Shown here one piece after another: positions 39,501 to 54,500 of a stretch of 60,556 nt of DNA. Below the pieces are notes generated by a model that was not told the origin of the DNA, did no database searches, and saw nothing but the letters and a program-made list of their open reading frames with translations. Source of the DNA: Phoronis australis (taxonomy: Eukaryota; Animalia; Phoronida); the NCBI GenBank assembly GCA_002633005.1, contig NMRA01000922.1, positions 1-60,556 of the forward strand. Direction: 5' to 3'. Numbering within the stretch: the first letter of the stretch is position 1; each line of letters starts with the position of its first letter. A program made the position numbers and the translations under genes.

Positions 39501-42500
39501 GACTATGAACATTATGATAGAGACATTCAATGGTCTACAACAAGACGGAGGAAGGTTGAAACATGCGGTTTTTTGAGGTACAACTTGTAACATTTACGTC
39601 AAGCACTGAACTCCCTGAATAGTATGAAGACCTGTAATAGAGACTCAGATATTAAAAGCACGGTAATATTTACTGGATTGGATGTGCAATATAAAAACTA
39701 AAAATTTCACTGGGGTGATGATAACCTTCCTAAAATTACAAACCTCTGGTTCCAATTTTGCTTCTTTATCTTAAGATTTCACGAGACTTTCGTCGGACAA
39801 CTTAAATTATTGGCATGTTAAAGGTCCTGCCTCTTATTGGATATTATCACAGACTGAGCAATTAAGGTACTAAATTGCGTTAATGGCTACCATTTAGTCA
39901 ACCGTTCTCGTACCTGGACAATGGCGCTCATGACAAACTCGCGTTTCATTTCTTGTTCCATTGCAGTCGTTACCGTTATATAACGGTCCGAGGCATGTTC
40001 TGTTTCTGATCTGATGGCCTTCACCACAGGAGGTGCTGCAGACAGTCCACTGGCCCCAAGTGTCAAACACTCCATCAACTATAACGAGCGTAAATAGTCT
40101 AAATGAAGCACTGTACCGGTCCACTGAATGAAATTGGATAATCGGATGTACTAAGTGACAACTTCGCGGTGATTTGAGCCCGGGTCAGTTTCATGAAAGG
40201 TAACTTTAAAAAGCATGGAACAGGAAAACTGTCTCGTAAAAATCTCGTTTAATCATGTTGTGGCGAATCTATACTTCTTGGGATTGTTAACGTGAGAGTT
40301 GCTCATTTTGAATATTGTAAAATTTTCTAGAAAAATCGTAAGATTCACTATTTTTGAAAGACAGGCGAGATAAAAACTCTTTTATCCCAATGTCGTTTCC
40401 AAATTCTCCACCCCTCATAATATATATACACGCAAGCGCTCAAAGAAGTCGGACTGGCTTTGGCTCGAAATCACCACTTTTATATAAAAGGTCAAAGATC
40501 ACATGTCCATGTAAGGGAAATGCAGTACGTCCATGCCCTTCCATACCACATATGAAGCTGTGGTTTGCCATGAGGGAGAAAAAACGACAAAATAACGAAC
40601 AGCTGACAGATTGTTTTTTGAAATTTGAAACTAAAAGAAAAATGCCTTGACATGAACAGAAATTCAAAATCTTTAGGAACACAACGTAAACATGCCTGGT
40701 GAACAATTTGATTTCAGTTTCAGTGTCAGGGATTCACTTTGGAAATGCAATGTAGTGTGTTTTTCACGTTTTATGCCACTTTAAATCTGACATGAGATTG
40801 TGAAAGATGATTAGAAAGTTGATCTTGCGTTACACACAACTATTTCTGAAAAATAAAAATACTGACTCCAGCAAAAGTACAGTATCTTAATGAAATGCAA
40901 GTACATGTAATTGCTGGTTACTAAAGATAAATAAGTTCATATATTAACTTCCTCCTAGATTGTACTGCGCTCATATTTACTTGGCTATAATTTATTCAGC
41001 TGAAGTGCGAGCTTAAGACAAACTTTCTGTCTTAGGTCTGAAGACACTTTCATGAAACATATCCCTGGCCTCACGTATGAATGAGAGGCCCTTGTTCAAA
41101 CGCTAGATCCACTTTCAGACTCTTGGGTATTCGTAATATGCCTCCTGGATCTTTGCGCTCGTTCTTGGTTGTGGAAGACTTCGAGTGGATTCCGTAGACC
41201 AGAAAAACACGCGAAAACATATGAATTCAGAAGCAAACCTCATACACACACGAGATTCTTACGTCTGCAGAACTCAGTGCCGTGTATAATGCATACGCAA
41301 TGCGTAAGCTATGGTCATAAACAATTGAGTAGAGGAATTTTCAAGACATCTTGCATTTCCGCCTGTAAATGTTGAATTAAACGTTTCCACTTGGATATTG
41401 AAAGCCTGAGGACAGTCATACATATACTGTACATTTGTATGAAGGATAAAGTAAGTTAGATTACATTACTTGGACAGTTCTGTGAATTACAGGTGCGACT
41501 TTCGTTATTAACACCTTGGCAGCGTCTACCACCATGCTGAGGTTCTTTGCACATCCTAAATCGCCACTGGAATCCGCCACCACACGAAGCATTGCAGCTC
41601 TGCCAGACAGTCCATTCTCCAAACAAACCGTCCACTGAAAAAACGTCCGTTTCAGCTTACAGTTGCTTAGGTTTGATTGCCCTCACCCGACTGGTCGTAA
41701 GACAAAGTATGAGTGTGCGACTCGGGGTATTTCACTGGGAGCACGACTATAAATGATGATATTTTACAAATTCGTGATCTGTTCATAGGAAAACGAGAAC
41801 TGACTAGGTACATGTAGAGTATTGATAGTAACTGCACCTCCCAACAATTTGTGAATGTCACTCAGACTCTTAAAATCTCGGAGAAGGTTCCAACGTAGCT
41901 AACTTTAGAGTTTTTTTAAGACCTCAAATATCATGTCCACAAAATGAGTTTCGTGTTAAGATTGACAGAAGACAAGTTTCAGATGTGCTGAGAGTGATAC
42001 TGTAGAATTTTAGACATATCCAGCCATAAAATGGCATTGAAATTGAACAATTTCTACGTGTCGGTCTCATCTGTTCCAAAACAGCATGGTTTGACTTGGA
42101 ACAGGTAATGTAAGTCAACCTTACGGTAGAGTTACAGCCCTCAGACTGAGCGATGTGGTCAAATTATTACAAGCTTGTGATTAACTGAAATAACTCTTAC
42201 CAGGACAATTGTGGTCATTGCAAACCGAGGTCTCGTTGTGTTCACCCTGGCATTCATCTCCACCGTAGAACGGGCCCTTGCAACCTCGGTGACGAAATCT
42301 CCAGCCACCACCACAGGAGGCGCTACAGTTGCTCCAAGATGACCAGTCTTCAAATACCCCGTCCACTAGAATATATGAGAATCAACTAAGTACAGAAACA
42401 ACGTAGTAGTAATTGCATTTGTATAATGAATCAAATCCTTGAATTTTCAAAATTCAAAAAGTCCAATAACATGTAGAAATTACACCTCACTCAGTAGTAC

Positions 42501-45500
42501 AACATGTATAATGAATAATTATGTCTAATCTAGAAAGGACATACTAGGCGGATTTAGGGGGAGCAGGGGGCCCAGTCCCACCCCGCCCCCCTTGCTGCAG
42601 GAAAAATTAAACAGCAAGAGCGTGAAGAATTATTGAGTTTATTAAAGAACCCCTGTAATTAACATGCGACTGAAATAAGATTTACCAATGTGTGCAGTTT
42701 TACCGTTTGAGATTGTGCGTGTGTGGGGGGCTCAGACCCAGACCCAATTGCTAGCGTCCGATCCAGACCGCCGGTGCAATCGGTTTCCCGTATTTTTATA
42801 GTCGTCCATACCCTCAGAATTTCGAGCTCCCTTAAGTTTTAGGCTTTGGGCGCTCACGCTATCTTTCTTTGCGCGGTTACCCGAGACAAAGTGTTGTAAC
42901 CACCCTTATGACATCCTAGACCCGCGACTGAAGGAAACTGAGATTTCTACGCATGTTTATAATCTATTTATTCTAATTGATCTCCTTTTAGTTGGCGCCG
43001 ACAAAGTGACACGTTTGCTACAAATACAAAGTACATATAGCTGCGTCAATAATCTTTGTTAGGCGTACATTTACAGGTTCATGTATATACCTGGGCAATG
43101 CTGTGCATTACATTCTTCAAAGTCTTCACCGTGACCAGGACATGATTTCCCACCAAAGGCTGTGCCACCGCAGATGCGATATCGCGTTCGACCACCACCA
43201 CCACACGTCGCGTTACACTGCGACCATCTACTCCAGAGGTTCCACTGACCATCCACTGTTGGTTCAAAATTCCATTAGTAAAATCACAAGTACAACCAAA
43301 GGTATCACCTGAGTTCGTTTACATGCTATAAACGAGATTAGTCCGTATGCCAAGGTTTTATTATTTTTTGCATGTAATGTGCTTACGTCGGTTACAAGAA
43401 TTTGAAACAGTAACGTTCACAATATGGAGTGGACAGTATCTCACACAAGTATCAGAAATTAGCAAAAGCTATCATTTATTACGTAAGTCCCACGCAGAGC
43501 TACAGGAAATTGGGCCAGGCCGAAATTCAATTCATTGTTTTAACGAAACTTCTAAGCCATCAAACCACTCGGTTCTGTACGTGACGTCATAGTGTGTAAT
43601 TAACTCAGCCATTTTAACACGTGTTCATTTATTAATTGGTCGAACTTCATTCCTTCAAACTTAAAAACTAATGCAAAACAATTAAATCAGATTTTACTTC
43701 CAAATGACGCTGTTACAATTCAGCATATCTCTCGATCTTTTCGAAAAACCAAAACAGGGATATACTAGACCTTGATTTTTGAATTTCTGGGCTTCACGTA
43801 GCTTATTGAATTCACGTTCCGTGGTAAAATAACGTGTATTTTACGAGATGCCAATATGCTATGCACATGTATGCCATATCTCAAATGACTTACAATGTTA
43901 TCAATTGGTGACAAGGAAGGGAAGATTACATGTAATATTTAAAACAATGCAAAAGAATTTGAAAACCTTTAAATCGAGCGATCGTGTAAAAGGAATTAGT
44001 AACCCAAAAAGCAACCCCAGAGAAAACATCCTACCTGGACAAGGGTTACCATTGCAGAAATTGCTCTCAAAGCTTTGTCCGTCACATGGCTTGCCGTTGT
44101 TCATTGGAGGAACACACGCACGTGACCTTGTTGTAGACCCTCCTCCACAAGACGCGTTGCATGAAGACCAAGCACTCCAGCTTTCGTAATAACCATCGAC
44201 TACAACAATTAAAAGCCAATTAATTGAAACCAAGTGCGGACCAATTACCGAAGGAGACGCACCGACTAGGCTAAGTGTCGTCTACTTGAACGTTAACCAA
44301 TTGCACTAGAGACTGAGGACATACATGTACGTGTCGAGAGAAAGTTGTAACAAACTATTCAATCGAGATTGAAATGTCATAACTAGTATTCAGTTCATGT
44401 TATACAGGGACTGTTGTCCTCAAAACAAAACGTCTCTATGCACATTCGTCATTCTTTGGTGACTGTCGTCGGCACATGGATGATAAGCTGTCCAATAACT
44501 TGTGCCTGATGACTCATTTCTTCAAACGAGGCACTACTATGAACAAAGACGTCTACTCTGACCAAAACTCCCAAACTTTTGAAAAAGATGTTCTGTCACA
44601 GAATAAAAACTTAAATAGTTCTCGAGGAAAGCAAGCAGTAGACAATATTTTTAACATCTAATGAATGTTTTATTTAAATGGACACCGATAATGTTTCAGG
44701 AGTACGGTTAAGATCACTTATGGTTATAACTTTGCTATCAACTCTTCCTGTTCTTGTTGCAGGAAACTTACGAGATCCGTAAATCCTAGAGGTCGTTGGC
44801 GCTTAAAATGTACCGTCAAGTTAAGCCAAGTCTCAATTAAGTGGCTATACACCTATATTTCGCCCAAGAAGTGAACCGTCGATTTTACACCACGTAACGC
44901 TATGGGATTAGTCTCAGCTTAATTTTTACTCAGATAGCAGTAATTTCAGTAGATTTAAATAGAGAGTTCGTTATTCCTTGAGTCCTCCCTTGGCACATAT
45001 AATCTTGGCTATACATCTTGTTGAGTCTGGTCTCAATCAGTAACGAACTGCAAGCTATTTCTAGGCCCTGAAATCCCCTTCAGTTCGACTAAAGTACTTG
45101 TGAAACATTTCATCTTGGCTAGTGGTCTAAACCAAACTGTGTATTTGAGATGGAACGCGGTCTCATAGAAGCTTTAACCGTACAGTAAGCCCGAATAATT
45201 AAAATTTAAACCCAATATCCATGAATTGTACTCCACAGTCGAAACAATTCGAATTGGTGCTTACTTGGACAAAAACTCTGCGCGCATTCTTTAAGTTCAA
45301 TAACGGACCCTTCACAGGCCTTCCCTCCATGCAGCGGTCCACGACACGTCCTGTTACGCCACTGCCCACCACCTCCACAAGTCACGTTACATTCTGTCCA
45401 TTGTGACCAGGATAACCACACGCCATCGACTGAAAGATCGTAACGTTGGTGTAATTTTCTGCAATAATCTAACTGTTAAAAGAGGTGTTGTTTGTTTGGA

Positions 45501-48500
45501 GTTATTGTACTAGTTTAGCAGCATCTACTTCAAATATACGTGTTCGTCGACACACTTATATTTGAAAAAACAATAAAATAATAAAAAAAAAAATACCTGG
45601 GCACACATTGGTATTGCATATCTTTGTCTCCTGTGCATTTCCTGTGCAGTTTCGTCCCCCGTAAAGAGGTTTGTCACAGTATCGTGAGCGAACCTTCTGT
45701 CCTCCGCCACACGACTTGGAACATCCGGTCCAGTTAGACCATGCTCGCCAAACACCATCGACTACATGAACGTTATAGAATGTGTCAAAGGCACTTTAGC
45801 ATGGAACCATTAATATGTGAACGTGTAACATATCAAGAACAGTCAAGTGGTATTGATGATATCGGCAGGTGTAGTAAACAATGCACACATCACATGAAAA
45901 ACTTTTTTTAAGTTTTAACTTTAGTTTCAGTACACAGACTTGGACACGACCAATTTACTTTTAATTTACAGTCACAATCAGTGTAAATTCATCCGTGGCT
46001 TTAGGTAACGTGTAAGCAAAGTCAAAAAGCACTTACTTGGACAATCGCGTAGGTTACAAGTTTCTGTCTGGTTTTCATATCCACTGCATGGTATGCCACC
46101 AAAGAAGGGCCCGGAACATGTTCTGTTACGAATTACGCTGCCATTTCCGCACGAGCTACTGCAAGAGCTCCATTCAGACCACGTGACCCATGCTCCGTCG
46201 ACTCGAGTTTGCAGTGAGATTCATTACACACGATAAGAACCACAGCATTTGACAACACCGAGTACTAGACAAACGAGGGATTCACGGCCGAGACCACAAT
46301 AATACAGAAATAGGAAAAAACGTGTTTTTTTTTACATGTATATTGGCCATCAACAACAGCACGATATGATTTGGAGAGGAATGGAGGCTACATTCAATCA
46401 TGCTTGACGAATGAAATGGGTCGTTGATTAAAATGACAGCAAGGTAAGAAACATGCATTACCAAGGAATAGTCCAGCTTAAGCACTCACCTGGGCAGTAG
46501 TGTATACTGCAGTTGCGCACGTCTAAGGAGTTTCCGGTACAATTTTCGCCGCCATAGTATGGACCCTCGCAAGTACGACGTCGAGTCAGCACACCACCGC
46601 CGCATGTTGCAGAACAGTTTGCCCAGGAGGTCCATTCCAACCAAACACCGTCCACTACAATCACATACATGCGAATGAAAACTTGGCTAAGTAAAATAAA
46701 TACGAAAACACACAAACCATGAAGAAGAAAACTACATGTACATGTATGTCATGTACATGCATACGGTTTCAATTCATTGAAACGAAAAATCCGAAATTCA
46801 TCTAAAGCTAAGCGTAAATGTTGATAGAGGATTTAAAATACTTGGTTTTATTCATAATCATAATTTCACCATTTTTGCACAATTTTGATTTACGATAGGT
46901 GTTTTATTACTTATAATGTCTGACAAGATCCCATTGCATGTGAAGATACTATAAATCCTATCGCTCTGAGTGCGAATCAGTAAACCTCTACATGTGCTCG
47001 CAAAACGTAATCCAAAATCGTTCATTGTCTCACCTGGACAGTGTTGCAAATTACATTCCCTATAATCGAAAGAATGTCCGCTGCAGTTTTGCCCGCCATG
47101 TTTTCCGCTGTCACACGAACGAAGTCTAACTTGAGAACCGCCACCGCAAGATGCGTTACATGCAAACCAGTCCGACCAGTCCTTCCACACACCGTCCACT
47201 GTTGGAAGAGGCAATGGATTAACATATAATTGCCACTAAAATGTCAATAAACTATTTAAGGACTGCATTCTTAAAGTTTGTCACAAAGCACTTCAACTAT
47301 TCCAGAAGATATGCCTTGTCGACACCAGGCATTGGTTTGACATTGTGTACCATGAGTGAGAGTTGTTTGTATTTGTCTGGAATCGATTTGAGGACATTTT
47401 CGTGTAGTCATCGATCAGTCGTGGATACATTCTACATGACAAAAATCCTTCTAGTGGTAACGGATTTTAGCTTGTTAGAGAACCCTGTATAAACCATGGA
47501 ATCTTACATTTTCAGATATTAATCTGATCAGCCGTCTCTGAAATACTATGATGTTCTGAAATTTGCCAAATTTGGACATTTTTCTAAATTTACTTCCAGT
47601 GGAACAAAGGTCACGCTCGAAACGAATAATGGGGTTGCCGGAGGCTTCCTTAAAAACCAAAAATATAGTAAAGCAGGTCAATTTCCTTTAAAATCATTAA
47701 AGTTTTAAACTACAGCATTCATACCCGTACATGTACTTGATTCTTGATAAGAAATTTTCACTTTAATCCAAAAAGTAGTCCACCAGCCTTATGTTGTGTA
47801 CGTTTGTTGCACATCATGGACTTACATGTACTGTTCAGTTATTTCTAAAAAACACAATTTAATGACCATAGACCTTTGGTAAAATATGAAGGGCGGAGCA
47901 AAACTACCCAGTGAGACTAACAACAAATATGTCCATTGCTTGTACCCCCGTCGCCATACAATGCCCTGTACTACTTCAGTCCACTCCTCACCTGGACAAG
48001 GGATTTTGTGACATGACTCAGCTGTGACGTCTGAACCCTTACAATTTGCCCCTCCGTACAGCGGACCGTGACACGTACGACGTCTGCTACGAGTTCCGTT
48101 CCCGCAAGAGGCGCTGCATTCTGACCAATCCTGCCATTGGTTCCACATTCCATCAACTAAAAATACGTAAAGCTGCTAGAAACCATTTCCTGGCATCAAA
48201 AATGGCTTTTTACAGTCGTTTTTTTTCTCTTCCAAAGTAACGTTGTCGTGTTCTTACAGTGTACATTAACCCTGGTTACATCATTTCGGGGGGGGGGGGT
48301 GAAATTAACTGACCCCAAGAAGCAAAGTTTATGAGGCTGGTCAGGACCATCTATAAATCATCAACTCAAATCAAGCCTAACCACTTCTACATGTAATTTA
48401 GTCAGGAACAAAATGAGACCAGTGTTATAATGGCAAGTAACCTAAAAGAAATGTTGTCCTTTACCGAAGGCACCGGCTTACTGCCCCTTTAACTGTTATC

Positions 48501-51500
48501 GTATGAAGATTCACACGTGCACTACAGTTGGTTCACGTGCTTAATGCTCTGGATGAAAAGGTACATGTACACTGTAAAAGCATGAGTCAATCATAATCTT
48601 CTTACCAGGGCAGTTGAGTTCATTACACTCTCGAGACTCGGTGGTGTTTCCAACACAACTCTGTCCTCCGTGGTAAGGACCGTCACATGACCTGTACCTG
48701 TAGTGGACTCCGCCACCACAAGACGCGCTGCATGTACCCCAGATAGACCAAGACCGCCAAAATCCGTCCACTGGAAAAAGGAATGAACCAAATTGGAAGC
48801 AATTCTCGTAAAATACCGTTTTTATTTGGCATTTCCGACGTAGCTTGAATTCTCAAACTATGGTCAGTAAGGATTTTTTTCTCTGTACAAAGTCCGCCAT
48901 TAGATGTCTTATAATATAAAATTGATATATTTATTCTTATTTTCTCCTGATCTCCTTCCTTGAATGCAATGAAAACACAACTGTACTGTGTGACGCCCGG
49001 ATGACGACATCGCCGGTGTGAAATAACTTGGTTGCATAAAAGGGGGCAGATTTTGTCCCTTTGAAAGAAGAATCTCAAGATTTAAAGATATTGCATTACC
49101 ACGTTACAAATTAGATTGGTCCACTCATTGACCCGGGCACCCCATACCTGGACAGAGATGAGAATTGCAACTGCTCCTCTGCACTGCCTCGCCTGAGCAA
49201 TTGGTACCGCCGAAGAATGGTCCGTCGCAGACTCGCTGTCGAGTTTGGTTGCCTCCACCACATGCCAGTGAACAGTTGGACCACGGGCTCCAAGAATACC
49301 ACACTCCGTCAACTACGACGGAATTGACACAAATTACAGCAGAAACGAAATTCAAAAATCTGCATAAAACACAAGCGGTATGTTAAACAAGACGCGTCTC
49401 GTCGCTTAGGAATAGACATTTTCTATTTTCCTAAATGATGAAACCACTATACATGTACTAGCGATTGGCTTGGTTCATGAAATGTTAGGAACTCAGGGTA
49501 AGGTAATGCACATCCAACAGTGGGGATTAATTTCTTGGTCCTGGTTTTTCAACTCACTGTGCAACGGTTCAGTTTTGTGCATCACCGTGATATAATTATT
49601 TGGATTCAAAATTCAGAGGCGGATCTACGGGGGGGGTTCAGGGGGTTTAAACCCCCCCTCGGGCCAGGACCCAAAAATTATAAAAAAAAAACGTCTCCAA
49701 CAAAACAAAAACGNTTATCCCCACAATAGTTAGCCTACCTTTCATGTCATTATTGGGAATCAGGTCTTTTTTACACTTGTATGTGACCAGTATATTGCTT
49801 CCGGGAAGCCTAAAAAGGCAAATAAGGAAATCACACAAAACAAACGTAAAGTTACCAACCATTCCATCTTTGTATGAACAAGAGCAAATAACTTGCCACT
49901 TGGAGGAGCAGCGGTGGTCACGTTCACAAGAGTACACTGGCCAAGTTGCCAAAGGATCTTGAAAGATGCTTAGGAGCAGCTTGGCGGATACAGAGGCAGA
50001 CGACGAAAACAGACTCGAAAATAATAAAAACCGTTACTAGGTGGCGCAGAATACGTGGACTCCATCGCAAAATGAAAAGGTGCTGTCGTCTTCATAATAG
50101 CAAATCGTTTGTCAAATTTATTGAAAAACAGTCGATAAGTTCTGAAGAAACAGAGGCTAACATTAAAGTTCAATTTTCGAATAAGGGGCAGTCAGCGGTA
50201 GTTAGAGCTGTCTCACAGTCGTGGGCAGACGTTGACAAATTTCATTAATATTTTAAGGAAGGTACGGCAGTGGACGCAGGAATGACAAAATCACAAACAG
50301 GGGGCGCCACAGTTGTCAGACCCGTCCGACATGGTCTTGTCATGAAGAACGCATCTTAAAACAATGAATATGATACTAGGAGGCGTAGAAGACGCCGAAT
50401 CCTTCCGAAAATGAAAAGACACAATTGTACCCATAATAGAAACTTGTTTGCCAAAGCTCCTTCAATGACGGACATTTTTGTTCTAGAAACTCGTCATCTT
50501 CTGTTGTCAGCTCCATGGGAACATAACTTCCAAACTTAACAAAGGTCCTGCAAATGGTTAAGGAGATATAGCCGCGGCTATTCGGGGTCGCCAGAGAGGC
50601 CGATTTTTCTTCGAAAATCAACTTCATCAGAAACACATCTGCCAACTGTCATAATTATTATTCGAGCAGCTTTGTGGTTTAAACAAGCAACCGTCCAAGG
50701 ATTCGAAAATTCAAAACAATGACATACGTGTAAAAAATAAAGTTGCCACTAGGGAGCACCCCGGTGCCAAATCAGTCCGAGATTCGTCATTTGTTGTCTG
50801 CTTCATAGGATCACATCTACCAATTAAATCACATGAAGGTTCTGCAGGTGGCTTACCGTATACAGCAGTGGATGAAGAACTCCCATACAGAGATGACGGT
50901 AAAAAACATAAATATGCACTAATGTGCGTGAATTTAAAATGTAAACCTCCAGTGATAGAGCTGATATGATACGGTCGATTTTACCAGATCAACAGGTGTG
51001 ACGTGAACCATTATGTTATTGTGAAACGTGCACTTCTGGGACTCGGACAACAGCAATGACAGTAATTCAGACAGCAACTCTATCAACAGTTTTATAACTA
51101 AGAACGATGTAAAAAGTGAAAAGACATTATGAATAACAGCACCAACAACAAGTAACGAAACATCAGATATATACATCTCTTGCCTTAATACTAGTACACT
51201 ATTACCTAGTTAACCCCGCCTCTATCGACAGCTCTGGAGGTCTGACGGGCCGCTCCGTCATCGGTAGGGTTTCGTCCAGTTGATCGATCTGTCTATAGGC
51301 TATGCCAGAATCTTCTAAAGGTGCCAAGTGAGGAAGAATCCGTCGCGCCTTATCAAGCTGGTTGTTGTTCAAAAAGTGGTTAACCATCCATTGGTGAAAA
51401 AACGGCAGCCCCATGTGGTAGCAATTCTTTTGTACCAAATGATCAACTGTAAGCAGAAATGATTAATTCTGAAAACATTTAAGTTGTTGTTATTGAAATG

Positions 51501-54500
51501 TCAGCAACTTTGAAATATGGCGATTTGGCAGTCTGAAGATCTTGATAAGACCTAAATTGTAACTATATACCCTCTTTAAAACGCAAGTCCGTTGTTAGGA
51601 GCGACAAACATAGCATGAACATTCATAGTGTCGAAATCCTGTAACATGGGCGACGCACCATATAGCCCCCCACTTTTTCCATAGGCCATGCACCACAGGT
51701 GAGCTGGGAGGGCTTTAGCCCGCATTTTTTTCAGTGCTGCGCCGCCCACGTGTAAAGGGTCATTTGACGTTTTTCAATTGTTGTCAATTAACGTGATTCA
51801 GTTTAATAAAGTGATACTTAATTGCTTATTGTCGCTTTTAATAATAGACTACGAGCTGAGAGCACCATCGTTCGCCAGTTTTTCTCGTAACGAGACAGAA
51901 CACATGTTTATTTCCGGACTAACAGTACAGGTCTTCGTTCTTAAACAACCTGAGGCTGCTATTACGCGATCATCCGATATTCAAGTTTTTACGTCCCGTT
52001 GGCACTCCTTATGCTCTTGAATATTTGGTAGTTGTCTAAACCCCTGTATACACACCACACTTTTTCGTATGCGACTTTTCGTATGCTTAAAAAGGTGCGT
52101 GTAAGTAGATATTCCAACAAAAATTTTTGCTGGTGACGTGACTCATACCCGAAACTTCAAGTTCATATGACGACAATCGAGAAGGATTTCAAATAATCTT
52201 AAGAAAAACTCCAGAGACCTGTTAAGTGCCAGAAACTTACCAGGATGCATGAAAATTTCACTTTTTGGCTACAAAAACAAAAAATGTCTTACACGGGAGG
52301 GGGTCAACCCTCCTTCTGACCACCCCCGCTCGGCGCCACGCGCCTCGGATTCGACCTTTGCGGGAAGTGCTAAACCCCCCCCCCCTTACTGAAAACGTAG
52401 ATCCGCCACTGAAAATACAACCATATTACCCAAATACACGCATACAACACTACGTAATAGCGAGATATCTTGTCTGACGATCAAACCGTACTGCTGATGA
52501 ATATTAGCCAACTTAGAATGGTGTTGTGACCAGTATTTCATGACGGCACTATCCAGCTGACTTACTTGGACATTCGTGAGTATTACAGGACTGCGCCGAA
52601 GTGGAATTGCCGGTGCAATTTGCTCCGTCGTGAAACGGTCCGATGCAATGTCGTGATTTGTGTTGGGTTCCTCCGCCACATAAAGTGGAGCAGATCGAGT
52701 AGTTAGACCAAGCAGACCACATACCATCAACTACAGGCATTGATGATAATTAATATAACAGCGTTATTTTACAAACACATTTAGTATACAAGAACAACAT
52801 GGTGTCGTAGGTGAGGGGATTGCTAACGATTCGCATGCAACTTAAAGGAGAATGCCACCCAAAAACAACCTATTTTGTATCAATTTAGATCGAGTAGCTC
52901 TACTCGATAACGGCTCGTTCGGATGCGTTACCTGACACCTGACGGCAGACGGGGGTGTTGAAATTATCCAATGACGTCATTGGTTTCACGCGCAGTCTGT
53001 TCAGAAGTTCACAACACGGGTTACTGGTGTCCGTTTATCGCTTTAATTTATCGGTTAACACCGATAAACCATGAAACTTCGATGTAAAACCCTTAAAAAC
53101 ACACTGAGTTCTTATAAAAACGTGTTGTTTTATTTCGCTGTTACGGATTCATTGGTATTTTTACACACCAGCCTACAAAGTTCGGCAGGCCAATTTACCA
53201 AGGTCCGTAGCAGGAGCTTGGGATCTGTTCGGAGATATATTCGAAGTATTCTTCCGTGATATACAGACAGGAGAACCTAGATCTGTGTTGTTTAGACTTG
53301 TGATTTTTTGAGTTCTAAACGAACAGAACGCTTATCCCGGCCAGTGGCTCGGAACCCGATCAGGCCCGTCGCGGCCGCCGGGACTGGCACGAACATATAC
53401 CAGCTTGAGTTGGAAACTAAACCTTCAGTCACGAACAGACTATAATAGTGAGACAAAGAAATAATGTGCACGTATTTATTTATGTGAATTAGCCACGAAA
53501 CTGAAAATCTACTTACTTGTCGGGGGCCGCGAAGTCGGGTTCCCCTTCCACAGACCGTCAGAGCAAAGGTTGTACAGTAACAGTGATTTGAATAATGTAT
53601 TTGTATTTGTATTTCTAAATAAAAATTCCCCTAACATGCTACCATAGCTTATAAAATCGAGTAATTGTTTCACAACAGCTTTCCATCAGCAAACACTGAA
53701 TTAGCATGCGCTCACACGGCCTCGGTGCCCGGTCAATTACCTTTATTGCCGGCATCAAAAGCCAGTAACGCCATTACTGGCTTCTCAACATTTGCACTCA
53801 CGAACACTGCAAAAGCATTACAAATTGTATCTAATAAAGACAGACTTTGTTTTAGTTTAATATAATATTGGTTAGGATGAGGATGAGAATAATTCATTTT
53901 TAAAAGCAGAACGCAGAATAATAAACGTCTACATGGGAACTCGCCCGGAGCCAATCCCGACTTAGTCATGAGCTCATCCGTCGAAGACTTCACGGGTCGG
54001 ATCGTTAGGTTTCACAGGCTATCAGTTCGAACCGGAAAACACTGTTCAAGAAATACTAGAGAGGCGCCGTGAACATGCATAGGCAACAGAACGTATGGAT
54101 AGTTCTTTGGTAAGCCGGAATTCGTCAGAGAAATAACTGTCAGCAAAAAGCCGGCCACTGACACGGAGATGTTTCAAGGCCTCATACTTGCTTTTAACAG
54201 CGTACCTTTCATTCTTCATTACAGCGAGCCACTTCCTAAGCATTTAGGGCTCTCGAGAAAGTCGAAAAAACGATATACCCGCTTTCTTCGCAACTTCAAA
54301 GTTCGGACAAGCGGGAACGAATCACTGCAACATAGCGGCTTTCATCTGCAGACGAACCACTGACGTCGCTGCGTCGTTTCTCACCTTTCTCACAGGTTAA
54401 CGCGACACCTCTCGACAAGGTGAGGTCGACCGTATAAGAGGCGATGTGGATATAGACCGATTAAGTCGGTAAAAAGACTAATTAAATTGGGTAGCATTCT

